Under the pieces are notes generated by a model. The model was not told where the DNA came from and did not search any database. It worked only from the letters and a program-made list of their open reading frames with translations. This document shows, piece after piece, positions 40,913 through 51,010 of a stretch of DNA of 64,000 nucleotides. The DNA comes from a virus, in IMG/VR virus record IMGVR_UViG_3300028571_000009; one strand, 5' to 3'. A program made the position numbers and the translations under genes. Every line of letters starts with the position of its first letter. Within the stretch, counting starts at the first letter, position 1.

Positions 40913-41816
40913 AAATGATATCATTGAATACACCGACGTGCAATTGCCCGAAATGCTAGAATCGCAAATCATGGTGAAAACTATTCTATGCGGTATCTGT
41001 CGAAGTGACATATTTGCATACGGTGGATTTGAAGCCCCCATGCCGTTCCTAAGACAGGGTCATGAGGGACTGGGCGAAGTCGTAAAGGTCGGAAGCGAAA
41101 TAACCGATGTAAAGGTCGGAGACCTAGTAGCTACCTTCTCAGACCCGGCCTACGCTACATATTATTATGCAGGTAAGGAAGAATACGCAATAGTTCCAGA
41201 AGCTACACCAAAATACATATTACAGCCAACGGCGTGTGCTATTAATATAGCACGTCGAACAACCAGAGCATGTATTTCATTGAATCAAACATATGTACCA
41301 AAAATACTATTGATAGGCACCGGCTTTATGAGTTTGGTTATTGGGCAATATTACAATCACTTCGGTATCAAATTTGATATCGTAGGCAGTGCTAATCCTG
41401 ATAAATGGGAGAAACTCGGAGCTAAGTTAAAAACTATGCAAGAAGTTCTTGATGCGAAAGAACAGTATGATGCCGTTATTGATTTATCTTCTAAAGCAAC
41501 CAATTGGGATATTATTCCGAAGCTTCTTAAGATAGAAGGTATAATGTGTTATGCGTCTACACCATACTCACCGGTAACAACCAATTTCTTTGAACAATGC
41601 TGGAACTGTTATTCCATTATCATGCCTAGTCCGAGAAACTCAGATTTCGGTGATGTAATGCGAACTACCGCTAAGCTAATTACATTAGGTGCAATTGACC
41701 CGAGCGAGTATTGGACAGCTGGATATAAACGCAATGATATCTACTCAGTATATCAAGGATTTCAAGATGGGTCCAATAGAACTCCGGAGTACATTAGGGG
41801 ATACCTTGAGTTTTAA
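40854..41816 (+). CDS. Zn-dependent medium-chain dehydrogenase/reductase
   Basis: GICRSD, GHEGLGEV, GDLV, LIGTGF. Confidence 0.85.
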   Translation: MQTEHTKTETGINYFHTTGKNDIIEYTDVQLPEMLESQIMVKTILCGICRSDIFAYGGFEAPMPFLRQGHEGLGEVVKVGSEITDVKVGDLVATFSDPAYATYYYAGKEEYAIVPEATPKYILQPTACAINIARRTTRACISLNQTYVPKILLIGTGFMSLVIGQYYNHFGIKFDIVGSANPDKWEKLGAKLKTMQEVLDAKEQYDAVIDLSSKATNWDIIPKLLKIEGIMCYASTPYSPVTTNFFEQCWNCYSIIMPSPRNSDFGDVMRTTAKLITLGAIDPSEYWTAGYKRNDIYSVYQGFQDGSNRTPEYIRGYLEF

Positions 41817-41817
41817 A

Positions 41818-41848
41818 TTGGAATTCTAAATAATTTTACTTATCTTAA
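41818..41848 (+). promoter_or_regulatory. putative promoter TTGG-N19-TATCTTA
   Basis: fixed-spacing motif. Confidence 0.55.
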
Positions 41849-41852
41849 TAAC

Positions 41853-42878
41853 ATGAAGTCAATATACATTGTCGATTTAGAGAGCATGGAAAGCCGTTAT
41901 ACAGTTGAATGGAAATGGCATTTGCCTGAGTTACTTAAAGAACATTTATATTCTACAAATAATGATGAATATTATGTAGAAGTTATAGAGGGTGATAATA
42001 ATATCCCTGAAGCTACTACACCGGGTGCATTTATAAATTTTGGTGGAACTAATATTTATAAATCATCACAATTAATTAAGATTGCAAAATTATTCTGTGA
42101 AGGAAAAATAGTACCCGGTAGTAAATTTCTATACACTGATGCGTGGAATCCTACTATATTACAAGTTAAGTACATGAGTGAGCTATTAGGTATTCCTGTT
42201 GAACTCCACGGAATATTTCACGCGGGTTCATACGACCCTCAAGATTTTTTAGGGAGACTAATTGGTGATAAACCCTGGGTCAGATATACAGAACGTGCTC
42301 TAATGTATTCATTAGATTATAGTTGGTTTGCGACTAAGTTCCATAAAGATATGTTTACTAATGTCTTTAATCCGTATCCAAAACATTTAATGATAGGTGG
42401 ATTGCCGTTTGAGTATTTAAAGGAGATTATCAAACCTGCACCGAAAAGAGATTTGATTTTATTTCCACATAGATTAGCACCCGAAAAACAGTTACCGGTA
42501 TTCAAAGCTTTAGCTGAAAGAATGCCCCAGTTTGAATGGGTAGTATGTCAGGAGAAAAATCTAACAAAAGAAGAGTATCATAAATTACTGGGAGAAGCTA
42601 AAATAGTATTCTCAGCAAATCTTCAAGAAACTTTGGGGATTAGTTGCTATGAAGGCGCGCTCGCTAATGCTATCCCATTAGTTCCGAACAGATTAAGTTA
42701 CACCGAAATGTATACGGATACATTTAAGTTTAAATCGGATAGTTTGGATGATATGGAAGCTAAAATATTGGATGTAATGAATTACTATCCAGATTACGTT
42801 GAAGAATTACCAAAACTAATAGATAAGCTGCAAGAGTTTTTCTGTGCAGATAAAATGCTTGCTAAATTAACTAGTTAA
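41853..42878 (+). CDS. GT-B fold glycosyltransferase
   Basis: FHAGSYD, FPHRLAPEKQ, QETLGISCYEG, PNRLSYxE. Confidence 0.8.
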   Translation: MKSIYIVDLESMESRYTVEWKWHLPELLKEHLYSTNNDEYYVEVIEGDNNIPEATTPGAFINFGGTNIYKSSQLIKIAKLFCEGKIVPGSKFLYTDAWNPTILQVKYMSELLGIPVELHGIFHAGSYDPQDFLGRLIGDKPWVRYTERALMYSLDYSWFATKFHKDMFTNVFNPYPKHLMIGGLPFEYLKEIIKPAPKRDLILFPHRLAPEKQLPVFKALAERMPQFEWVVCQEKNLTKEEYHKLLGEAKIVFSANLQETLGISCYEGALANAIPLVPNRLSYTEMYTDTFKFKSDSLDDMEAKILDVMNYYPDYVEELPKLIDKLQEFFCADKMLAKLTS

Positions 42879-45454
42879 TGTCGTATACAGGTATCTACTA
42901 TGACCGAAAAACTAATGTAATAAATCTTTGGGACGATGAAAAGGGTCACCTTAAACTACCATACAATCGATACGGATATAAAAAATCAGCGAAAGGGAAG
43001 TTTACCACACTTGATGGTTGTAAGGTAGAAAAGGTTAAACAGTGGTCACACGATGACGAATCAAAAGGTTTAATGTATGAATCAGATATTCGTCCGGAAG
43101 TTCGTACATTAATTGACCTATACTATGAGAATGATGATATAGGCATCAATCACCGGGAAATGTTCCTGGATATTGAGGTGTCATCTAAAGGTGGTCATGC
43201 CACGACAAAGAATGTTAAGAATAGCATAACGGCTATTTCTTTCTACATGAAAAATCTAGATAAGTATTATGCTCTATTGTTAGACGAAGATACACGATTG
43301 GAGGATTCTGTTAATGATAATCTACAGTTACTTCGTTTTGATGATGAAGAGACATTAATTCAGAGTTTTTTAGCATTATACAGTGAATGCGCACCAACAA
43401 TTATTACGGGCTGGAATATTAATGGTTATGATATACCGTATTTGTATAATCGAATTGAGAAGGTTTTCAATATTGAATATGCTAATATATTAAGCCCGAT
43501 TGGAATTGTTGAAGTAGATAAGTATGATGGCAAGTATAAACTAGCCGGAGTTGCTTGTTTAGATTACCTACAATTATATAAACAGTATACGTATTCAGAA
43601 GAACCATCCTACACCCTAGATTCTATTTCTAAAAAAGAATTAGGTAAAGGTAAAACCGTATATGAAGGTACTTTGGATACCTTATTTGCTACAGATATAA
43701 ATAAGTTTATTGAATATAACGTTAATGACGTTCAATTAGTTTTAGAATTAGATAATAAGCTGAAATTTATTGACCTTGCAAAAGGTGTTGCACATAAGGG
43801 TCACGTTCCGTATGAAGATATTTACAAAACTACTCGATTCTTGGATGGTGCATGTTTAGTGTTCATGAAACGCCTTGGCATTATTGCCCCGAATATTAAA
43901 CGTTCTAAGAAAGTTGAAGTTGAAGACCAAACCGCAGGCGGTGGTGATTTTGAAGGCGCGTATGTTAGAGACCCGATTGTGGGTAGATATGAATGGGTAT
44001 ATGACGTGGATATGTCAGCACTATACCCGTCAGTAATTATCACGCTCAATATCAGCCCAGAAACCAAAGTTGGTCGAATTACCAATTGGGATGAAGTTCA
44101 ACCGTATTTTATATCAGGTGGTGAAGATAAAACGAACGCAGATAAGCTCATTATAATTAATAACAAGGTTAGTGATATAAAGATATCCGAATTTAGAACT
44201 TGGCTGTTAAATGAGTCCTATAGCGTTTCTAGCATAGGTGTACTGTATGATAAAGATAAAGCAGGTATAGTTCCGGCAATTCTTAAGACTTGGATGCAAG
44301 AACGTGACGATAATAGAGCTTTGGCTAAAAAATATGGTCAGGAAGGTGATATGGTTAGACGTAATTTTTATGATGGTCGACAATTGACTCTGAAAATTAT
44401 CAATAACTCATTATACGGTGCATTAGGTAATGGTGGGTTTAGATTCTATGATTTGGATAATGCTGAAAGTGTTACAATGTCAGGTCAAAGTATTCTGTTA
44501 GACCATGTAGAACCTACCGTTAATAATTGGTACGTGTCCAATATTGGCCCAGAGTATGCTAAGAATGTAATTTATATTGATACGGATAGTTCATTCGCAT
44601 CTGCAATGCCTGTTATTAAATCAATGCAGGCCAAATTAGGCCGAGAATTGACCTATGATGAAAAAGCGAGTACAACCTTCAAAACGGCAACCGCAGTAGA
44701 ATCAGCTATCAATAACGGATTCACATCGTATTCTACCAAATACTTTAATGCTCCCGAGCATGTATTAGTAATCAAACAGGAGTATGTATCTAGTGCAGCA
44801 TTCTGGCAAGCTAAGAAGCGATATGCCATGAAAATTGTGATGGAGAAAGGTGTATCCATCTCAGATATGTCTAAAGGTAAAAAGGAGTGGAAACTAGATG
44901 TTAAAGGAATGGACAGTGTTAGAAGTAACTTCCCGAAAGCATTCAGAGAATTTTTAGCGAATTTACTAATCGACATTCTAGATGGTACCCCAAAGTCTGT
45001 ATTAGATGCTAAGATATTAGCCCTTAAGGATAATATGATGGCAATGCCAATTCTAGATATTATGTTTCCAACCGGAATGAAAGAGCTGAGTAAGTATGAG
45101 TTTGATGAAAAAAATCCATTTCAACGCGGTAAAGGTACCACGGCGCACGCGAAAGCGGCCTTAAGCTATAACGCGTTGATGCTAAAATACAATATCATTC
45201 AAACTCCACACATAATGGACGGTGATAAAATTAAATGGGCATGGCTTAAATCAAACCCGTTTAGTTTAGAATCATTAGCCCTTAAAGGTGTAGAAGACCC
45301 TAAGGAGATAGTTAATATTGTTGAACAATATATCGATAGAGAATCAATATTCGAATCCGCGCTCACTAAAAAATTGCAGGCTTTGTATGATTCACTTGGA
45401 TTCGGAATGGTTCCCGAAAATAATAACATAGAAGAATTCTTTTCTTTTGGATAA
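42878..45454 (+). CDS. polB: family B DNA polymerase (T4 gp43-like)
   Basis: DIE, GWN..GYD, DMSALYPS, KIINNSLYG, YIDTDS, KKRY. Confidence 0.95.
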   Translation: MSYTGIYYDRKTNVINLWDDEKGHLKLPYNRYGYKKSAKGKFTTLDGCKVEKVKQWSHDDESKGLMYESDIRPEVRTLIDLYYENDDIGINHREMFLDIEVSSKGGHATTKNVKNSITAISFYMKNLDKYYALLLDEDTRLEDSVNDNLQLLRFDDEETLIQSFLALYSECAPTIITGWNINGYDIPYLYNRIEKVFNIEYANILSPIGIVEVDKYDGKYKLAGVACLDYLQLYKQYTYSEEPSYTLDSISKKELGKGKTVYEGTLDTLFATDINKFIEYNVNDVQLVLELDNKLKFIDLAKGVAHKGHVPYEDIYKTTRFLDGACLVFMKRLGIIAPNIKRSKKVEVEDQTAGGGDFEGAYVRDPIVGRYEWVYDVDMSALYPSVIITLNISPETKVGRITNWDEVQPYFISGGEDKTNADKLIIINNKVSDIKISEFRTWLLNESYSVSSIGVLYDKDKAGIVPAILKTWMQERDDNRALAKKYGQEGDMVRRNFYDGRQLTLKIINNSLYGALGNGGFRFYDLDNAESVTMSGQSILLDHVEPTVNNWYVSNIGPEYAKNVIYIDTDSSFASAMPVIKSMQAKLGRELTYDEKASTTFKTATAVESAINNGFTSYSTKYFNAPEHVLVIKQEYVSSAAFWQAKKRYAMKIVMEKGVSISDMSKGKKEWKLDVKGMDSVRSNFPKAFREFLANLLIDILDGTPKSVLDAKILALKDNMMAMPILDIMFPTGMKELSKYEFDEKNPFQRGKGTTAHAKAALSYNALMLKYNIIQTPHIMDGDKIKWAWLKSNPFSLESLALKGVEDPKEIVNIVEQYIDRESIFESALTKKLQALYDSLGFGMVPENNNIEEFFSFG

Positions 45455-45482
45455 TTATCAATAGCACTAAACCGCTTGAGAT

Positions 45483-45743
45483 GTGTCTGCATGGTATCTT
45501 TGGGTGTTACTGAACTATCATTCTGTAGATACTAATAAAATAGATTTACATATTAAGAATACTCACGAATTAGTTAAACAACGTAATAATTTAGATTTAC
45601 GAATACCAATGAATAACAATTACACTTTCGAGGGTCAAATGTATAATTGGCTAGAAATTCGTGCAGGTGTCAAGTTCGTATTCCATACAAAGTCAGGGAT
45701 AACAATATCAACTCAGATTAAATTTCCTTCAATTATTCAATAA
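45483..45743 (+). CDS. hypothetical protein
   Basis: ORF track, GTG start. Confidence 0.4.
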   Translation: MSAWYLWVLLNYHSVDTNKIDLHIKNTHELVKQRNNLDLRIPMNNNYTFEGQMYNWLEIRAGVKFVFHTKSGITISTQIKFPSIIQ

Positions 45744-45762
45744 ATTTCCTTATATTAGTGTT

Positions 45763-46146
45763 ATGAAACAAGAAAAGAAAGTACTTAATATGGTTACTAC
45801 CGTGGTGGTTAATCTTCAAGTGGAGGGTATACATAATTGGGCAGCGGCAAAAGAAGTATTTCCGGAAGTGTGTTTTTTATCCGACCCGCACCGGCATATA
45901 TTTCATATACAATTAAAGAAGCAGGTAACACATTCAGACCGCGACGTCGAATTTATTCTGTTCAAGCGCGATGTTCTAGAGTATTTATATAAGCAATACT
46001 ATTTTGAAACTCACCGAATTCATGATTTTGGTAGTAAAAGCTGTGAAATGATTGCAGCGGAATTATTGCAATTTTTTGATTGTACCTTTGTATCCGTATT
46101 TGAAGATGGTGAAAATGGTGCTGAAGTGTTTGTTCATGATATGTAG
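45763..46146 (+). CDS. QueD-like T-fold protein, DpdL-like (predicted CDG decarboxylase)
   Basis: LSDPHRHIF fits LxxxHRHxF; DRDVEFI, SCEMIA, EDGENGA. Confidence 0.65.
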   Translation: MKQEKKVLNMVTTVVVNLQVEGIHNWAAAKEVFPEVCFLSDPHRHIFHIQLKKQVTHSDRDVEFILFKRDVLEYLYKQYYFETHRIHDFGSKSCEMIAAELLQFFDCTFVSVFEDGENGAEVFVHDM

Positions 46147-47140
46147 ACATCCGCAACTATTTATTGTTATTGACCCAATGTGGGCGGGTGTCGGTTGGGA
46201 ACATGATTTGGAAAAAGTAATCATAGATTATCTAGCAAATCGGCCGGCAGTTATCCAAACAGTACAAACTGTTATAGGGCAAGATGCTATTAAAGCATTA
46301 TTTGACAATAATCAAGTTAAAAAGAATGCCGCGTTTCTATTTACTGAAGCCTCGTCTGATTTAGTGATACTTGTCAATAAGTTTTCAAAGCAATATAAGG
46401 TTCCGGTGTATACATTGGGATTCTGGAGACGGGGATATTCTGCTGAATACACCCATAACAGTTCGTGGGAACAGCATTGGTGGAAAGAATTCGACCGGGC
46501 ATGTTTTAAAGGCTTGGAACGTAATATATTTTCAGACGAATACTTTAAGCATATATTCACTAAACAAGTAGCAAAGAAGGGCTACCCATATAGTATAATA
46601 AAGTTTCCGATACCAGCATCTGTTATTAAGGAGCATTTATTATCTATACAACCGGTAGAGTTTAAAACGGATATGATATTGATAGATGGTGTACATTTTA
46701 ATCCTGAACAGCATAGAATGTTAGCATTACTGATGTCAGAGATGAAATTCGATAAACCAATATCAATTGTATTTGCTTATGAAAACGGTAGACCTACACG
46801 TGAACAATATGTGAAATGGTTAATGAATGCAAAGGTAGTAATCAACTTCGATGTACAAGGAAAGATTGGTGATGATGTATATGAATATTATGCGGCCAAA
46901 TGTATTCCGTTGTGTAATGCCCCAGAATTCTATGAGAATATTGTACCGGAAGAGTGGAGAATAGAAAAAGAATGGTTCGCTGATATCAGAGCATTTATTG
47001 ACGCTATGCCTATCCTTCGAAATAAGTTGTATGACGTACTTATGAATTATGATGAATTACGTCCCAAATTAGACTTTCAAGAAAAGCGGTTAAACACATT
47101 ATATTTCAACCATGAAATATTTCTTGAAAAATTCTATTAA
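46052..47140 (+). CDS. diverged GT-B-like protein (true start probably near 46136)
   Basis: organisation parallels ORF 41853 (TREQYVKWLMNAKVVINF vs TKEEYHKLLGEAKIVFS). Confidence 0.5.
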   Translation: MQRNYCNFLIVPLYPYLKMVKMVLKCLFMICRHPQLFIVIDPMWAGVGWEHDLEKVIIDYLANRPAVIQTVQTVIGQDAIKALFDNNQVKKNAAFLFTEASSDLVILVNKFSKQYKVPVYTLGFWRRGYSAEYTHNSSWEQHWWKEFDRACFKGLERNIFSDEYFKHIFTKQVAKKGYPYSIIKFPIPASVIKEHLLSIQPVEFKTDMILIDGVHFNPEQHRMLALLMSEMKFDKPISIVFAYENGRPTREQYVKWLMNAKVVINFDVQGKIGDDVYEYYAAKCIPLCNAPEFYENIVPEEWRIEKEWFADIRAFIDAMPILRNKLYDVLMNYDELRPKLDFQEKRLNTLYFNHEIFLEKFY

Positions 47141-47183
47141 ACATGAATTAAATTAGTTATATTAATCAAAATAAATAATCAAC

Positions 47184-47897
47184 ATGAAAAAGTCAAAATT
47201 GACAAGTTTTATTGACAAGTATTTTCTAGCAGGAAATGCTGAAAGCGTTAAGCTCGTAGTGCAGAATAATAAACTGACTACCAAATTTATAACAGGTGAC
47301 CAAACCGTTATCGGCGAAGTTGAATTAGCTGATTTTGTATCGGAAGATGCTGAATTCGGTGTATATACAACCGGTCAGTTAATTAAGATGTTATCGGCAT
47401 TAGATGATGATATTGATTTGACATTCCATAGAGCAGACAGTAAAGTTTACTCATTAACGATGGATGACAAAACTACTCACGCGGATTATATGCTATCAGA
47501 CCTAACAGTAATTCAGCAAGTTCCGGCTATTAAAACCTTACCGACATTCGATGTAAAAATTGAATTGACAAAGGATTTCACTAGTAAATTCATTAAAGCA
47601 AAGAATGCCTTGCCAGATGCAGATAATTTCGCAGTGGAATCGGATGGTACCACTACAAACATTATTATCAATCACTCTAATGTGAATGCTAATAAAGTAA
47701 CGTTCAAAGCAGTTACTGCTAATGCAAGTGCGATGAGTCCGGTGTGTTTTTCGGCAAAGCTATTTAAGGAGATTCTTGAAGCTAATAAAGATTGTACCGG
47801 TTTCTTAGAAATCAGCAGTAAAGGTTTAGGTAGAGTTACTTTAGCAAATAAAGAATTTTCAACCACGTATTTTCTTGTGAAACTTTCAATCAACTAG
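47184..47897 (+). CDS. DNA sliding clamp (gp45/beta-like)
   Basis: size, acidic repeating beta pattern, position near clamp loader. Confidence 0.75.
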   Translation: MKKSKLTSFIDKYFLAGNAESVKLVVQNNKLTTKFITGDQTVIGEVELADFVSEDAEFGVYTTGQLIKMLSALDDDIDLTFHRADSKVYSLTMDDKTTHADYMLSDLTVIQQVPAIKTLPTFDVKIELTKDFTSKFIKAKNALPDADNFAVESDGTTTNIIINHSNVNANKVTFKAVTANASAMSPVCFSAKLFKEILEANKDCTGFLEISSKGLGRVTLANKEFSTTYFLVKLSIN

Positions 47898-47898
47898 G

Positions 47899-48465
47899 AT
47901 GAATAATTGGTACGTTGGTATTGACCCTGGTAAGAGTGGTGGTCTAGCAACCATATTTGAAAATGGTGATGTCGAAGTAGAACCATTACCGTTAACTGCT
48001 GATAATGAAATTGATGTCGAGCGCTTGGCGGCGACACTACGCGGACTCTTTATACAAATACGTGACTTACGTCCGGCTGAGCCGGGAAAGATATATTGTG
48101 TTCTTGAAGACGTGCACTCTATATTCGGAATGTCTGCCAAGTCCAACTTTCAATTCGGACGCGTTTTAGGTATCTTAGAAGGTGTTCTAGGAGCTGTCGG
48201 TATTGACTTTATAAAGATTACACCAAAGGTCTGGCAGAAAGAAATATGGGCTAATACGACACCGATTTCTGCACTCACCGGGAAGAATCTTAAGAATGGT
48301 ACGCCACAAGTTAAAATAGATACTAAAGGTACATCATTAATGGTAGCGAAAGAATTATTTCCTAATGTGAACTTGTTAGCTACTAAAAGAAGTAAGGTTC
48401 CACACGACGGAATTGTGGATGCTCTACTTATTGCTGAATATTGTAAAAGAAAATTTAAGAAATAA
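47899..48465 (+). CDS. RuvC-like Holliday junction resolvase
   Basis: VGIDPGKSGG, LEDV, FGR, DGIVDALLIA. Confidence 0.8.
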   Translation: MNNWYVGIDPGKSGGLATIFENGDVEVEPLPLTADNEIDVERLAATLRGLFIQIRDLRPAEPGKIYCVLEDVHSIFGMSAKSNFQFGRVLGILEGVLGAVGIDFIKITPKVWQKEIWANTTPISALTGKNLKNGTPQVKIDTKGTSLMVAKELFPNVNLLATKRSKVPHDGIVDALLIAEYCKRKFKK

Positions 48466-48467
48466 TT

Positions 48468-49394
48468 ATGTTTGGAAATGATGAACACACCCTATGGGTG
48501 GAAAGGTACCGGCCGACAAAGCTATCAGATTACATTGGTAACGATGGAATCAAAGAGAAAGTTGCAATGTATATTCAGAATGACGACGTGCCACACTTAT
48601 TACTTGCGGGAACTGCTGGTACGGGTAAAACAACGTTAGCGAAATTAATTGCTGCAAATCTAGATTGCGATTTACTATATATCAACGCGTCCGATGAAAA
48701 CTCGATTGACGTTATGAGAGATAAAGTTAAATCTTTCTCGAGCTCAATAGGATTCAGAAAATGGCGATTAGTAATTCTGGATGAAGCAGATTTTGTCACT
48801 GTTAATGGTCAAGCCGCGTTACGTAACTTGATGGAGACATTTAGTAAGAACTGTAGGTTTATTCTAACATGTAATTACATTGAGAAGATTATTGACCCAA
48901 TTCAAAGTAGATGTCAGACATTTATTGTAACCCCGCCTAGTAAGCAGGACGTTGCGGTGCACATAGCAAATATTCTACAGAAGGAGAATGTTAAGTTTAC
49001 ACCGCCTGATTTGGTTTCTATTATCAATAATGGATATCCTGATATCAGAAGAATTCTTAATGCGTGTCAGCGTCAAGTTATAGACGGGCAATTAGTAATT
49101 GATAAGCAGTCACAGATTGAAAGTGGTTATATGGAGAAGATTCTTGATATCTTAAAAGATTGTAAGGATAAGAAAAAATCATTTGCTGATATCAGACAAA
49201 TCTTGGCTGATTCGAAAGTTAGGGACTTTACTCACTTATATAAGTTCTTGTATGATAGCTTAGATATATTTGCTGTCGGGCATATTTCTGCAGTTATATT
49301 GATAATTGCGGAAGCGCAGTATAAGGACGTAAGTTGTGTAGACAAAGAAATCAACGTCGCCGCGATGTTTGTACAGTTAATGAGTGAGCTATAA
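48468..49394 (+). CDS. clamp loader large subunit (gp44/RFC-like)
   Basis: WVERYRP, GTAGTGKTT, NASD, LDEAD, SRC. Confidence 0.92.
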   Translation: MFGNDEHTLWVERYRPTKLSDYIGNDGIKEKVAMYIQNDDVPHLLLAGTAGTGKTTLAKLIAANLDCDLLYINASDENSIDVMRDKVKSFSSSIGFRKWRLVILDEADFVTVNGQAALRNLMETFSKNCRFILTCNYIEKIIDPIQSRCQTFIVTPPSKQDVAVHIANILQKENVKFTPPDLVSIINNGYPDIRRILNACQRQVIDGQLVIDKQSQIESGYMEKILDILKDCKDKKKSFADIRQILADSKVRDFTHLYKFLYDSLDIFAVGHISAVILIIAEAQYKDVSCVDKEINVAAMFVQLMSEL

Positions 49395-49510
49395 TCAATC
49401 TATAGAATTTTGGTTGATTGATAAGATATCTATTAGATGTACTGTTACCGCGTCGACGTTCTATCTACGATAAAATTGGATAATTGAAATTAATTTCTTA
49501 TCTTAATAAT

Positions 49511-49765
49511 ATGAAGAAAACTAACGAAGAAATAATTGAATCGTTTCGTTCCTACAAACGAACTAATACGGCAGGCTTTACAAATAAAGAACTGGCTATT
49601 TTATGTGAACAATCCGGCGTGGATGTAAAGAAATTAAACGAAGAGATTGGTGTAGTTACTGTTATGCTTATAAATAACGAGTCTGTAATATATGAGTGGG
49701 ACGTAATGCCCGCATTACAACGTACATTAACAGGAGAAAAACAGCACCCATTAGCTTGGGACTAA
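49511..49765 (+). CDS. hypothetical protein
   Basis: ATG downstream of promoter motif 49476-49505; track start 49484 lies in the promoter. Confidence 0.55.
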   Translation: MKKTNEEIIESFRSYKRTNTAGFTNKELAILCEQSGVDVKKLNEEIGVVTVMLINNESVIYEWDVMPALQRTLTGEKQHPLAWD

Positions 49766-49769
49766 CATT

Positions 49770-50114
49770 ATGATAAAAAACTCAACATTACATATAGGCG
49801 GAAATTCTGTTAAGGAATTCATTGGTAAGTTTATATCGGCAGTCGGTACCGCAATGGTTACATATGGTGATAAGCTCGATAAAAATAGTCAACCGATATT
49901 AGTAACAAACCCGGCAGCGAAGCTATACAACCCATTTACCCTGATAATTACATTCACAGTCGGGGCGACGGACAAATATCAATTGATTCTACAAGGTGAT
50001 TATAAGGATATGTATAAAGAAATCGCCAGGCCGGAGTGTGAAATTGATTTAGATGATAATGAATTATTCATGATTATCAATCAGCATCAAAAAGAATGGT
50101 TTAAAAAAGACTAA
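49770..50114 (+). CDS. hypothetical protein
   Basis: ORF track. Confidence 0.55.
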   Translation: MIKNSTLHIGGNSVKEFIGKFISAVGTAMVTYGDKLDKNSQPILVTNPAAKLYNPFTLIITFTVGATDKYQLILQGDYKDMYKEIARPECEIDLDDNELFMIINQHQKEWFKKD

Positions 50115-50116
50115 AC

Positions 50117-50362
50117 ATGAAATTTCTAACATTAATAATATTACAAGATATCATGTATAAATTATTCAAAGCGTTTCTGGTTTTCGCAGGTATAGTATTC
50201 TTGTATATATGGGCGGTACAAATATCATTAGCCTTTAAGACCGAATCGGACTATAGGTCACAGAATGTCGCCATTCAGAGAGAACGTGATTCGTTGCAGG
50301 TAGAATCTCTACGATTGCAGCTTAAGTTACAGACGTTTATAGACTCGGTAAAAATACAGTAG
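50117..50362 (+). CDS. hypothetical membrane-anchored protein
   Basis: hydrophobic helix then coiled coil. Confidence 0.55.
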   Translation: MKFLTLIILQDIMYKLFKAFLVFAGIVFLYIWAVQISLAFKTESDYRSQNVAIQRERDSLQVESLRLQLKLQTFIDSVKIQ

Positions 50363-50363
50363 T

Positions 50364-50669
50364 ATGCAACAAGATGACGTAATACAAAAATTACAGGACG
50401 CACATCAGAAATATGTTGATTGGTGGTTGCCTATCGATGTAGCAGGTGGTTCTTTCATGGCACCGATGTCACTTCACCGATTTTGCGAAACACTACTAAC
50501 ATACGACGGTGGGTGGGGCGGTACTGATGGTGAACAAATCGAGAATTGGTGGGATGCTTGGATGGATGAACATGATATTAATAGTAAAACACGAATGAAG
50601 ATACAGATTCTAAAATTGGTGATAGCACATTACACCGATGTAATAGATTTAAACAAGTCATATGAATAA
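50364..50669 (+). CDS. hypothetical protein
   Basis: ORF track. Confidence 0.55.
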   Translation: MQQDDVIQKLQDAHQKYVDWWLPIDVAGGSFMAPMSLHRFCETLLTYDGGWGGTDGEQIENWWDAWMDEHDINSKTRMKIQILKLVIAHYTDVIDLNKSYE

Positions 50670-50802
50670 AGAACAAGCAAAAGACGCACTAATTAAACTT
50701 CTAATGAATCAAGTCGAAGACTTAACCATGATGTCTAAGATTGAATTGGGTGATGATGTAATTGCTGAAATTACACGACTTAAACGCATTATCAATGAAT
50801 AA
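50662..50802 (+). CDS. small hypothetical protein (46 aa, not in track)
   Basis: ATG 50662, overlaps both neighbours. Confidence 0.55.
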   Translation: MNKEQAKDALIKLLMNQVEDLTMMSKIELGDDVIAEITRLKRIINE

Positions 50803-51010
50803 AGAACAATACGCTGTGTTTGAAAAAGAACCAGCACATGGAAGCGAAGTAAACGGTGTTATACTAGCCCCATTCTACACCAAAGAAGAAGCCGAACAAG
50901 CAAGACAAAAATACGGATATGGTAACGAAAATTATTACGTAGATAAAATGAAATTTGATGAAGTCCCTAGAAAAAGTAACAACTCGTACGATGACAAATA
51001 CACTAGATAA
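50795..51010 (+). CDS. hypothetical protein
   Basis: ATG 50795 within track ORF 50762. Confidence 0.5.
   Translation: MNKEQYAVFEKEPAHGSEVNGVILAPFYTKEEAEQARQKYGYGNENYYVDKMKFDEVPRKSNNSYDDKYTR

Noticed and set aside
50662-50810. 15-nt identical starts (ATGAATAAAGAACAA) of adjacent small ORFs
   Set aside because: Short and AT-rich; a local duplication or chance, with no functional signal.
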